Shown piece by piece: positions 55,417 through 63,937 of a stretch of DNA of 64,000 nt. The DNA lies in NCBI GenBank assembly GCA_012517325.1, contig JAAYVF010000085.1, forward strand, positions 75,673 to 139,672. Reading direction: 5' to 3'. Source of the stretch: Myxococcales bacterium (GTDB taxonomy: Bacteria > Lernaellota > Lernaellaia > Lernaellales > Lernaellaceae). A model generated the notes under the pieces. The model saw only the letters and a program-made list of their open reading frames with translations, had not been told where the DNA came from and made no database searches. Made by a program: the position numbers and the translations under genes. Positions within the stretch are counted from its first letter, which is position 1. Every line of letters begins with the position of its first letter.

Positions 55417-56028
55417 ATGCTGTTCGACGAAGGCCTGCTCAAGGAACTGGTGCTCCGGCTCACCACGCTGCCGGGCGTCGGCCGCAAGACCGCCGAACGC
55501 CTCGCCATGCACATCCTGCGCGCGCCCGCCGACGACATCCACGCCCTGGTCGCCGCGATGCTGGAAGTGAAAGAGAAAATGCAGCTCTGCCGGGAGTGCT
55601 TCAACCTGACCGACACGCAGCCGTGCCGTATCTGCGCCGACGACCGGCGGCGCAGCGACGTGCTGTGCGTGGTCGAGCAGCCGCAGGACACGATGGTGCT
55701 CGAGAAATCCGGCGCGTTCGGCGGCCGCTATCACGTGTTGCACGGCGCGCTGTCGCCGCTGGACAACGTCGGGCCCGAGGAACTGCGCATCGCCGAGCTG
55801 CTGGCGCGCGTCGACGCGGGCGGAGTCCGCGAGGTCATCCTCGCCACCAACCCGAATCGCGACGGCGAGGCGACGGCCTCCTATCTGGCCGATCTGCTCA
55901 AGGGCCGCGGGGTGGAGGTCACGCGCATCGCCCACGGCGTGCCCGTCGGCTCCGATCTCGAGTACGCCGACAGCGTCACGCTGAAAATGAGCCTGGAGGG
56001 CCGCCGGAAAGTGACCTCCTCCACTTGA
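55417..56028 (+). CDS. recR: Recombination protein RecR
   Basis: LPGVGRKTAERLAMHIL helix-hairpin-helix, C4 zinc finger CRECFNLTDTQPCRIC, Toprim domain. Confidence 0.9.
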   Translation: MLFDEGLLKELVLRLTTLPGVGRKTAERLAMHILRAPADDIHALVAAMLEVKEKMQLCRECFNLTDTQPCRICADDRRRSDVLCVVEQPQDTMVLEKSGAFGGRYHVLHGALSPLDNVGPEELRIAELLARVDAGGVREVILATNPNRDGEATASYLADLLKGRGVEVTRIAHGVPVGSDLEYADSVTLKMSLEGRRKVTSST

Positions 56029-56090
56029 ACGAGGGCTGTGATACAATGTCGCGGTAAGCGGCGCGCCGTTCGCTGGGGGACGAAGGCAAA

Positions 56091-56675
56091 ATGACGCTCA
56101 TCAATTACGAAAACCGGGAGATCAACTTCAAGATCGTCTATTTCGGGCCGGCCCAGGTGGGCAAGTCCGACAACTTGAAGTACGTCTATCACCGGACGCC
56201 GCCCGAGAAGCGCGGCGAACTGGTGCTGCTCTCGGGCGAGGACGGCCGCACCACGTTCTTCGATTTTCTGCCGCTGTTTCTGGGCAAGATGGGCGAATTC
56301 ACCGCGCGGCTGCACCTGTACACGCTGCCCGGCTCGCTGCGGCTCGATACCAACCGCCGCCTGATTCTGAAGGGCGTCGACGGCCTGGTGTTCGTCGCCG
56401 ACTCGCGCCGCGAACGGCTCGACGAAAACCTCGCCGCCCTCGACGCGATGCGCCGCCAGTTGCGCGAATGCGGCTACGACTTCGGCCGCCTGCCGCTCGT
56501 GCTGCAATACAACATGCGCGACTTCGATTCGAGCCTCGCGCCCGACGACCTCTCGCGCATCCTCAATCCCGAGGCCAAACCCGCCTTCCCCGCCAACGCC
56601 CGCACCGGCCACGGCGTCCTCGAAACCCTCAAATCCGTCAGTCTGCAAGTTCTGAGCAAGCTGGGCGAGAAGTAG
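56091..56675 (+). CDS. mglA: MglA-like small Ras-superfamily GTPase
   Basis: Near full-length collinearity with Myxococcus MglA: INYxxREINxKIVYxGP..GKS..L.Y.Y; LFFDFLPL; RLHLYTLPG; RRLILKGVDGLVFVADS; LVLQYNMRDF. Confidence 0.8.
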   Translation: MTLINYENREINFKIVYFGPAQVGKSDNLKYVYHRTPPEKRGELVLLSGEDGRTTFFDFLPLFLGKMGEFTARLHLYTLPGSLRLDTNRRLILKGVDGLVFVADSRRERLDENLAALDAMRRQLRECGYDFGRLPLVLQYNMRDFDSSLAPDDLSRILNPEAKPAFPANARTGHGVLETLKSVSLQVLSKLGEK

Positions 56676-56769
56676 GGCGAAAACCCGTCGCGATCGGTAT
56701 CGCAAACGATGGGTTGCATGATATGGACAGAATAATTTTCTTCGTTGGTCGTGAATAAATAAATAAAAT

Positions 56770-56812
56770 GTTGGTGGGCATTATCGCGGTCAATGCCCAC
56801 CAACTTATTTGT
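56770..56812. terminator. Bidirectional rho-independent terminator between mglA-like gene and the convergent island gene
   Basis: GTTGGTGGGCATT-atcgcggtc-AATGCCCACCAAC perfect 13-bp stem. T-rich tract on both sides (TTATTTGTG downstream; AATAAATAAATAAAAT upstream). Confidence 0.7.
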
Positions 56813-56822
56813 GAAGCCGTAG

Positions 56823-57290
56823 TTAATCGTCAGACTGTGCTTTCATACAAATCGCATAAGCTCGGACTTGACCGGAGGAGCCAGTGTTGTTTACGTAGGC
56901 GCAAGAACAGCGGTCACTGGCGTTGGGAAATTCTACCGCAGTCATTCCACGAAGAAGGTAATCGCCCGCGTTTTCTGCAATGCATTGACAAGAAACCGCA
57001 ATGTCGCCAGTTTCGCAATTGGGGGAATACACGGTATTTTCTTCACCGGCCGCAAGAGTTAAGAAGCTGCCTGCCGTCTTGTAAACAATCGGCCCGTCTT
57101 CAATCGCGTTTGCGAGGTAGGTGAAATTCTCGTTTACTTCCGAAGCCACCGCGGTCGATCCGGCCGTGAAGGTGTGAGGTAAACTAAGTGCGAAAAGGCC
57201 ATGGCGCCCTGTAGCGTAAACGGTGATCGAGGATGCGATGACCGCAACAAACGCGGCAACCATCAAAATCAGCAAGTATCCCTTTTTCAT
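56823..57290 (-). CDS. Small secreted Cys-containing protein (hypothetical), low-GC island
   Basis: Signal peptide MKKGYLLILMVAAFVAVIASSITVYA. Six Cys in the mature part. AT-rich codon usage distinct from the flanking genome. Confidence 0.5.
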   Translation of the reverse strand: MKKGYLLILMVAAFVAVIASSITVYATGRHGLFALSLPHTFTAGSTAVASEVNENFTYLANAIEDGPIVYKTAGSFLTLAAGEENTVYSPNCETGDIAVSCQCIAENAGDYLLRGMTAVEFPNASDRCSCAYVNNTGSSGQVRAYAICMKAQSDD

Positions 57291-57339
57291 GATAGATTCT
57301 CCTGAGTGAAGTACAAGGTTTATTCCGTTTGTCTTGAGC

Positions 57340-57669
57340 TTAACCCCAAGTATTCAGGTCCCAATGACCCTCGCCCCAAATTAGTGTGTCTGGGCTCGTA
57401 TCGTTGTCATTGTCGTCATTGTCGTCGTTGTTATCATTGTCGTCGTTGTCATCGTTATTATCATCGTCATCGTCGTCATTATCATCATTGTTGTCATTGT
57501 CGTTGTCGTCATCATTGATGCTGTCGTCATCGCTCTCGCTATCATTATCGCCCGTGTTATTGCTATCATCGTCGTCATCGCCTGATTCCTGGAAACATGC
57601 AGGCATTGTGATTACCAACGCAAATGACAGCAAACTGAGTAATGTGAGCATTTTCATCTTGTGTCGCAT
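57340..57669 (-). CDS. Small lipoprotein with extreme Asp/Asn low-complexity repeat
   Basis: Signal/lipobox ...ITMPAC. About 70 residues of D/N/S repeats (DDNDDDDDDNNDDNDDNDNNDDNDDNDND). C-terminal LIWGEGHWDLNTWG. Confidence 0.5.
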   Translation of the reverse strand: MRHKMKMLTLLSLLSFALVITMPACFQESGDDDDDSNNTGDNDSESDDDSINDDDNDNDNNDDNDDDDDDNNDDNDDNDNNDDNDDNDNDTSPDTLIWGEGHWDLNTWG

Positions 57670-57754
57670 ATTCCTCTCTCCTTTCTATCTCAGATTTTTT
57701 TCAAAACCTGACAAATCTGGATAGTCGCTATCGGCGTGTTATATTTCTATGTTG

Positions 57755-58408
57755 CTAATTATTGCCGCCACGAACGCAACGCACGTTGGATGATTGTCCG
57801 CCATCGCCCTCGTCCTTATCATGGCCGCCAACCTGGGCATTGCAAAAATCGATGCCTATCGCGCCATTACCGCTACCCCCAGATATGGCCGCGGAAGTCC
57901 AAAACCACCCACAGCCACTAGGCGGAGCTCCAGGAACACCAGAATATCCTTCTCCCCAATAGCAGTTCGGAGATCCCGGACCCTGATCAATGGCACAGCC
58001 ATCGCACGAAGAGTTTACACAAGTATCGATGTCGGTGCATGAATCGGTGAATGGACAACTTCCTCCGGGTTGGGTTGCAGAACATCCGACAATAAATGAG
58101 CGTAACTCCTCGACTGATGGTAAACGCCAATCAGAATGTCCATTCAAATCCAAATTCTTACAGTAGGTGACCGCGTCTCCCCAGTCGATGAATTCGGTGT
58201 TTGGCGGATCTTGCCATTCAAGTTGATCATCGTCATCATCCGAGTTGTTATCGTCATCTGAAACATCATCATTGTCGTTATCGTTGTCGTTATCGTTGTC
58301 GTTATCGTTGTCGTCATCGTCGTCGGCTTCGCTGAAGCAAGCGGAAACGACGAAAATGGCAATCGCGCTCAACATCAAGAGGAGTGCGAGGCAAAGGGCT
58401 TTATTCAT
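57755..58408 (-). CDS. Lipoprotein with (DN)n acidic repeat and DUF1566/Lcl-C-terminal-like domain
   Basis: Lipobox ...VVSAC. DDDDDNDNDNDNDNDNDND repeat. C-terminal domain with the WGDAVTYCKNL...HSDWRLPSVEELRSFIV signature of DUF1566-type domains, followed by a Cys/Gly-rich tail. Confidence 0.55.
   Translation of the reverse strand: MNKALCLALLLMLSAIAIFVVSACFSEADDDDDNDNDNDNDNDNDNDDVSDDDNNSDDDDDQLEWQDPPNTEFIDWGDAVTYCKNLDLNGHSDWRLPSVEELRSFIVGCSATQPGGSCPFTDSCTDIDTCVNSSCDGCAIDQGPGSPNCYWGEGYSGVPGAPPSGCGWFWTSAAISGGSGNGAIGIDFCNAQVGGHDKDEGDGGQSSNVRCVRGGNN
58270..58325 (-). repeat. Hexanucleotide (GTTATC/GTTGTC)n microsatellite encoding (Asp-Asn)n
   Basis: Plus strand reads gtcgttatcgttgtcgttatcgttgtcgttatcgttgtcgtc. 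On the coding (minus) strand this is GAC-AAC/GAT-AAC repeats, i.e. DNDNDNDN. Confidence 0.8.
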
Positions 58409-58438
58409 GGTAGTCCTCCGTTCCTTTTTGGTTTTCGG

Positions 58439-59239
58439 TCAGAATCTCAGACTCATCAGCAAACCTGTTTCCCGTAGGGATGCAGTGGGCACCAAGAGAA
58501 AATCAAATGATTTTCCCGATACCTTGGTCTTGGATGTAGATGGCGTTGAAGTGAGAAAAAGATAGGTAGAGATACCGAGCAGAACCGCGGCACTGCCAGC
58601 CAGGACATAGGAAGACATGGCAAGGTTTTTTGTGTTTTGCCAATGCATATCTCGATCATCCCAGTCTTTGTTCGACGCGGCATCCTTTTGCAGTCGGTCT
58701 TCGTTGAGAGCCAAACCAAAAAGTGTTCCGCCGGCCAAAGCACTCGCCGAACCCAAGCCCAGAGTGGTCCAAGCGGCGATCCGCTTTCCGGAAGATACCT
58801 TGTTCGCCGGCTTTGTTAAGACCTTCTTGGTATCCGTTGCTTCCTTTTCCAACAACAAACGCGCCTCGTGTAAAACCTGGATCACCTTGGGCGATGTGGT
58901 TTGCGAATCCAAACTGATGAAGGAATCGAGCTTCAATGCCGCCGTCATTTCGTTGATCGCGGCATCGCGATTTCCCTCCACCAATTTCAGTTTACTCAGC
59001 AGCACGTGTATCTCGGCTTGTTCCTGGGCCGTGCATAAGGCAGGCTCAGCCAGAACCTCGCTCAGAAGCCCGGAGGATTCCGCGTACTTCATGTCCTGAT
59101 AAAGGCTGTTGCCCTTGGCCAAGATCTCGGAACAGATGGATGAGGCGCTTGCCGCAAGCGGAGTTCCGCAAACCAGCAGCACTATCAACGCCAGAATTTG
59201 CATCCCAATAAAAAACGTTCGCATGGTGTCCTTTTTCAC
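58439..59239 (-). CDS. Hypothetical secreted/membrane protein with TPR-like N-domain and C-terminal TM segment
   Basis: Signal peptide. Helical region (YQDMKYAESSGLLSEVL...). Hydrophobic segments near the C-terminus. Ends in ...SLRF. Confidence 0.4.
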   Translation of the reverse strand: MKKDTMRTFFIGMQILALIVLLVCGTPLAASASSICSEILAKGNSLYQDMKYAESSGLLSEVLAEPALCTAQEQAEIHVLLSKLKLVEGNRDAAINEMTAALKLDSFISLDSQTTSPKVIQVLHEARLLLEKEATDTKKVLTKPANKVSSGKRIAAWTTLGLGSASALAGGTLFGLALNEDRLQKDAASNKDWDDRDMHWQNTKNLAMSSYVLAGSAAVLLGISTYLFLTSTPSTSKTKVSGKSFDFLLVPTASLRETGLLMSLRF

Positions 59240-59269
59240 CTCCTTTCCATAGTATTTACTCGTGTTGAA

Positions 59270-59626
59270 TTATTGACAACCGCACATCTGGATCATTTGT
59301 TGCCTAGCAACCTCGACCTCCGACTCCGCGACGCTTTTCGCGGTAGCGCCGGCCGCAACTCCAGCCAAGGCGTTCCATACGTTTTTCTGTTGAGACGATT
59401 GATAATCCGAGAAGGTTTTTCCAGCGATTATGGCAGAGAGTGCCGCGGATTTTTGACGGTAGTTATTTTGTGCCCATTTGCATCGTTCGGCACAAGACTC
59501 CGGCGAAACATAGGATGGCTGAGGATCATACCTGGGAGCCGGGGCACTCGAACAGGCAATGGTATAGTAGGGTATAACAAAAAAAAGCAGCAACGATACA
59601 ACGAAAAGCAATGACCTATTTCCCAT
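59270..59626 (-). CDS. Small lipoprotein (hypothetical)
   Basis: Lipobox ...YYTIACSS. Cys-containing mature part. Start trimmed to MGNRSLLF. Confidence 0.4.
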   Translation of the reverse strand: MGNRSLLFVVSLLLFFVIPYYTIACSSAPAPRYDPQPSYVSPESCAERCKWAQNNYRQKSAALSAIIAGKTFSDYQSSQQKNVWNALAGVAAGATAKSVAESEVEVARQQMIQMCGCQ

Positions 59627-59844
59627 GGACAATCCTCCTTTTGCATCTATTTTCATTTACGAAAGAAGGACTAATCAACAAATGTGCCAAATGGCTTGTG
59701 TTGAATGGATTATGCGAAAGTAATTGATATCATGGGAAAATAAATTGAGTAATGCATTGGATGGTATTTCGAAAGAGCAAATTAAATTGTGCCTTTCGTC
59801 ACGAAATGAGTAGATTGGTTACAAATTGCGAGTAAAAGATTCGA

Positions 59845-61386
59845 CTAATTTGTCGCGGGCCATTTCGTCAAGCTGGATATTTTCCCGGGATAGATCGTCA
59901 ATGAATAAAGGGCGGACGTGCTAAGTTTAGGGTTTTTTAAAGTGATTGAATGTGGCCCCGCCGACAACGCGATTTTTCCTGTCGGGCTGGTGTCTTTGTA
60001 AACACCGTCAACATAGACCTCGGCATAGGGGTTTAGGTCGCCGACGATCAGGTAACCCGGCTCGGCGGTCGGCGTTGGTGTCGGAACGGGAGTCGATTCG
60101 GGTGTCAGCGCGGGTTTAACCGTGAACTGGGGAATAGCAGGAGTCGGCGTCGGCTTTTTCACGATCGGCAGTGTTTCGGTTTTCAGCGGTATTTCCGGTG
60201 GGAGAACGATATCCGGAGTCGGGTTCATCGGCTCAACAGTCGGTGTGGGCGGTGGATTTGCGATTTCATTTTCCGGCGCGGTCGGCGAAGTGGTTTCAGG
60301 TCTAAAAGCGATCGCGATCGCCGCCAGAATTACTAGGATGACGAGGGCCGCGACGGGCCAGTGCCAACGCACAGTGATGCGGCTTCGAGCGCTGGCGGGG
60401 GCATCGTGATTGACGGTCAAGGTTTCCCCGGTAAAACGCCGTTCCACTATTTCCTCGACTGGCGATTCTTCGGGGGAGCAGAATTCGGCATAGGCATCGC
60501 GTAACAAGGTACTTGGCGAGGGGGCTAGTTCTGCTTGGATTTGTTCGATTTCCGCCAACATGTCGGCTGCCGAAGTAAAACGATCGGCCGGATTCTTGGC
60601 CAAGGCGCGTTTGATCGTTTGTTCGATGGCCGACGGAACATCGGCCCGGCTGGACGGTGGAGGATAATCGCCAGTGACGATTTTCGCCAGCAATCCCGAA
60701 ATAGAATCCGCTTGAAATGGTTTTTCTCCGGTGATCATCTCATAGAGCAGGATGCCCATCGAAAAAAGATCGGTTCGAACATCGAGCGATTTGCTTTCAA
60801 TCTGTTCGGGAGCGAGGTAGTGCAATTTGCCTTTAACGGTGCCAACTTGACTTTGGCTATCGGCAAACATGGCTTTGGCCAGTCCGAAGTCGGTGATTTT
60901 AACCTCACCCTCGCGGGAAATCATGATGTTGTTGGGCGTCAGGTCACGATGGATAATACCCAAACTTTGTCCTTTTTCATCGGTGCGGCGATGTGCGTAA
61001 TCAAGTCCACGAAGTATTTCAATCGCCAGTCGCAGCACTACGCGCAATGGCAATTTACCGTCTTTTTGCCGCGCGCTGTAAATGAGTTGCTGCAAATCGC
61101 GTCCATCGATAAATTCCATAACGAGATACAACAGGTCGCCGTCAACATTGAAATCGAAAACCTGGACGATGTTTTGGTGATTGAGGGCGGCGAGAATCTT
61201 GGCTTCGCGACGGAACATTTTTTCATATTCCGGTTTTTCGGCATGCGTGGGACGAATGGTTTTCACCACGCATTGCCGTTCGATACCGCCCGCGAACGAG
61301 CACTTGGCAAGGAAAACCTGGCCCATCCCTCCTTCGGCAAGCGGACGGATGATTTTATAAGGGCCGATGTTCAGTGGTTTTGCCAA
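59845..61386 (-). CDS. Hanks-type Ser/Thr protein kinase with TM helix and Pro/Thr-rich extracellular C-terminal domain
   Basis: GxGxxG-like EGGMGQV, VAIK-like CVVKTI, HRDLTPNN catalytic loop, DFG, APE motifs. TM WPVAALVILVILAAIAIAF. PT-rich linker. Beta-rich C-terminus. Confidence 0.85.
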   Translation of the reverse strand: MAKPLNIGPYKIIRPLAEGGMGQVFLAKCSFAGGIERQCVVKTIRPTHAEKPEYEKMFRREAKILAALNHQNIVQVFDFNVDGDLLYLVMEFIDGRDLQQLIYSARQKDGKLPLRVVLRLAIEILRGLDYAHRRTDEKGQSLGIIHRDLTPNNIMISREGEVKITDFGLAKAMFADSQSQVGTVKGKLHYLAPEQIESKSLDVRTDLFSMGILLYEMITGEKPFQADSISGLLAKIVTGDYPPPSSRADVPSAIEQTIKRALAKNPADRFTSAADMLAEIEQIQAELAPSPSTLLRDAYAEFCSPEESPVEEIVERRFTGETLTVNHDAPASARSRITVRWHWPVAALVILVILAAIAIAFRPETTSPTAPENEIANPPPTPTVEPMNPTPDIVLPPEIPLKTETLPIVKKPTPTPAIPQFTVKPALTPESTPVPTPTPTAEPGYLIVGDLNPYAEVYVDGVYKDTSPTGKIALSAGPHSITLKNPKLSTSALYSLTIYPGKISSLTKWPATN

Positions 61387-61397
61387 GTCGCCTCGCT

Positions 61398-63248
61398 CTA
61401 AAGGGTGTATTTCTTGATTTTGGCCGCCAGGGTTTTTCGAGTTATCCCGAGTTCGGCGGCGGTATTCGATTTATGCCAATGATATTTTCCCAACGCGGCC
61501 AAAATACGAGCGCGCTCCAATTGTTCGATTTCCTTTTCCAATGGACCGTCTTGTTTCAACGCGTAATGATCCTCGCTTCCCGATTCTACGTCGGGCGTTT
61601 CGTCGTCGCCGGCCAGGAGGAGATGCGCCGGTTCGATCAGCGAATCGTCAGCCAGATAAAGGGCGCGTTCGATGACGTTTTTCAATTCGCGCACGTTTCC
61701 CGGCCATGCATAACGACTCATTGCCGCCAACGCTTCGACGGAAAAACCGGTTACTCGGGTACTGACCTTGCCGCGCAACTCGCGCAAAAAATAGTCGCTT
61801 AGTTCAGGGATGTCGTCGGCGTGCTCGCGTAAGGCCGGTAAACGAAGCGACAAGACGTGCAGGCGATAGAATAAATCCTGACGAAAAGTACCTTCCCGCA
61901 GCATTTGTGGCAGATCGCGATTGGTGGCGGCAATGATTCGCACCGATACGCGAACGGTTTTATCGTCGCCGATCGGGCGCACTTCGCCGGTTTCCAACAC
62001 TCGCAACAGCTTGGCTTGCATTGCCAGGGGCATTTCTCCGATTTCATCCAGAAACAACGAACCGCCATCGGTCATTTGAAACAGACCGTGCCGGTCGTGA
62101 TTCGCCGAGGTGAAAGCTCCCTTGGCATGGCCGAATAATTCATCCTCGATCAGGTCTTTCGGTAAAGCGGCGCAGTTTACCGCGTTGAAGGGACGGTTGG
62201 CGCGGTTGGATAATAAATGAATCATTCGAGCGGCGAGTTCCTTGCCGGTGCCGCTTTCTCCGTTAATCAACACCGAGGATTCACCTTTGCGGGCGAATTT
62301 TTCAAGCGTCTCGCGCGTTTCGGTCAGGCGCGGACTGGAACCGATCAGGCGATAACCATCCAAACGATCCTGCAACTCAAGATTGGCCGAACGCAAGTCA
62401 ACAATGGTTCGCCATTGAAGCAGCAAGGAACCGAGGATCGCTCCGATTGCCGCCATAAAAGCGAGATCGTTTTTAGTAAATGCTTTTACCAGTGAACGGG
62501 TATCGGCATATAAAATGCCCGATAACCGTTCGCCCACACCCAGCGGCACACAGGCCACGGATTTGGTTCGCGTATTGATAACACTGGTTTTGTCCTGCAA
62601 CGTCGATTCCAGAGCGGCGTTTTGTAAAAGCAGGGCTTTTCGGCTTTTGATGACCTTGGTCAGGATGGTACGGGACAGGAGAAATGGTTCTGTTTCGCCG
62701 GTGAAAGAACGAAAGAAACCTTGGGTTAGGGTATCGTTTTCCACTAGTCCGAAATAGGTATGCTCGGCGCCCAATTGTTCGCCCATGGCTTCAAGCACTA
62801 GCGGCGCCAGCGCTCGCGGCTGATTCATTGTTGCGGCATTCGCCGCCAAGTCGTAAAGGAAATGCAATCGTTCCTGTTCGGCCGTCAGGGTATCGGTTTG
62901 AAATAAATAAGTTTCTTCCGAAACATGGGGAGCAATCGCGGTTTCGGTCGGCGGATCGAGATAGAAAATCGCGTTGATGTTGCCAAATGAAAGCCGATCA
63001 CCATTTTGCAGTAAGATCCGGTCGATGGTTTCCTGGTTTCGGCGAGTCCCGTTTTTACTGCCGAGATCCTTGAGCCAAAAAGCGCCGTTTTCATGTTGAA
63101 TCAGCGCATGCCGGCGCGAAACGCTGCCGTCGCCCAGACAAATCTCGCAAGTATCGTCGCGACCGACGGCTACTGTCTTTTTCGTCAGATCATAATAGTC
63201 ATTGATCCGAGAGGATTTAATAAAAACCAAAACCGCCATCGGCAACAT
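61398..63248 (-). CDS. Sigma-54-dependent transcriptional activator with N-terminal FHA and GAF domains
   Basis: FHA motifs (VAVGRDDTCEICLGDGSVSRRHALI...NGT). GAF-like middle region. AAA+ sigma54 interaction domain (GESGTGKE, GAFTSA/GAFTGA-type motif, ESELFGH-like). C-terminal Fis-type HTH. Confidence 0.8.
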   Translation of the reverse strand: MLPMAVLVFIKSSRINDYYDLTKKTVAVGRDDTCEICLGDGSVSRRHALIQHENGAFWLKDLGSKNGTRRNQETIDRILLQNGDRLSFGNINAIFYLDPPTETAIAPHVSEETYLFQTDTLTAEQERLHFLYDLAANAATMNQPRALAPLVLEAMGEQLGAEHTYFGLVENDTLTQGFFRSFTGETEPFLLSRTILTKVIKSRKALLLQNAALESTLQDKTSVINTRTKSVACVPLGVGERLSGILYADTRSLVKAFTKNDLAFMAAIGAILGSLLLQWRTIVDLRSANLELQDRLDGYRLIGSSPRLTETRETLEKFARKGESSVLINGESGTGKELAARMIHLLSNRANRPFNAVNCAALPKDLIEDELFGHAKGAFTSANHDRHGLFQMTDGGSLFLDEIGEMPLAMQAKLLRVLETGEVRPIGDDKTVRVSVRIIAATNRDLPQMLREGTFRQDLFYRLHVLSLRLPALREHADDIPELSDYFLRELRGKVSTRVTGFSVEALAAMSRYAWPGNVRELKNVIERALYLADDSLIEPAHLLLAGDDETPDVESGSEDHYALKQDGPLEKEIEQLERARILAALGKYHWHKSNTAAELGITRKTLAAKIKKYTL

Positions 63249-63251
63249 CCT

Positions 63252-63779
63252 CTATTTCAAGAAATGTGCATATACTCTGGCTCGTTCCACATAATGTTTA
63301 GCAGCTTTGGTGATACGCTTCAGATCACTTTCCGTCAAGGCGCGTTTGACGACGGCGGGGACGCCGGCGACGAGGCTGCGCGGGGGGACGATCATCCTTT
63401 CGGGGACGACCGCGCCGGCGGCGACGATGGATTCGGCGCCGATTTCGCAGCCGTCGAGCAGGATGGCGCCCATGCCGATCATGCAGCGGTCGCCGATCGT
63501 GCAGCCGTGCAGGATGGCGCGGTGGCCGACGGTGACGTCGTCGCCGATCGTCAGCGGACCGATCCAGCTCGTTTCGTGGCAGACCGTCAAATCCTGGATG
63601 TTGGTGCGCGCGCCGATGACCACCGGGTGTTCGTCGCCGCGGACGACCGCGCCGAACCAGAGGCTCGACTCCGGGCCGAGCGTCACGTCGCCGACGACCA
63701 CCGCGCCGGGGGCGACGAACGCGGTCGGATCGAGGCGCGGCCGGGTTTCACCGAAGGGAAGGATCAAGGTGTCGTTCAT
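63252..63779 (-). CDS. Gamma-class carbonic anhydrase-like hexapeptide-repeat protein (PaaY/YrdA family)
   Basis: Left-handed beta-helix hexapeptide repeats (VVVGDVTLG, VVIGARTNIQD, VTVGHRAILHGCTIG) with conserved His ligands. Start trimmed to MNDTLILPF. Confidence 0.75.
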   Translation of the reverse strand: MNDTLILPFGETRPRLDPTAFVAPGAVVVGDVTLGPESSLWFGAVVRGDEHPVVIGARTNIQDLTVCHETSWIGPLTIGDDVTVGHRAILHGCTIGDRCMIGMGAILLDGCEIGAESIVAAGAVVPERMIVPPRSLVAGVPAVVKRALTESDLKRITKAAKHYVERARVYAHFLK

Positions 63780-63937
63780 GGTTTCAATCCTTGCCGGCGA
63801 CCAGCACGGCTTTGGCCGTCGGCCGTCCAAAACCGTGGCACCCATTTAAGAGGAAGGATCAAGATGTCGTTCATGGTTTCAATCCTTGCCGGCGACCAGC
63901 ACGGCTTTGGCCGTCGGCCGTCCAAAACCGTGGCACC
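63761..63937. repeat. Tandem direct duplication (2 x about 83 bp, about 98% identical) covering the start codon and 5' region of the gamma-CA-like gene
   Basis: ggatcaaggtgtcgttcatggtttcaatccttgccggcgaccagcacggctttggccgtcggccgtccaaaaccgtggcaccc at 63761-63843 recurs as ggatcaagatgtcgttcatgg...gtggcaccc at 63855-63937. Confidence 0.85.

Noticed and set aside
55417-56100. Possible mglB (Roadblock/LC7) immediately upstream of mglA
   Set aside because: The upstream gene is unambiguously recR, and the 60-nt gap holds no ORF. MglB, if present, is elsewhere in the genome.
57306-57578. ORFs 57306..57518(+) (Cys/His/Arg repeats) and 57381..57578(-) (MTT repeats) and 57386..57724(+) (Ser/Leu repeats)
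   Set aside because: These are alternative-frame or antisense readings of the (GAY/AAY)n coding microsatellite. The minus-strand D/N lipoprotein frame has a proper signal peptide, lipobox and C-terminal motif.
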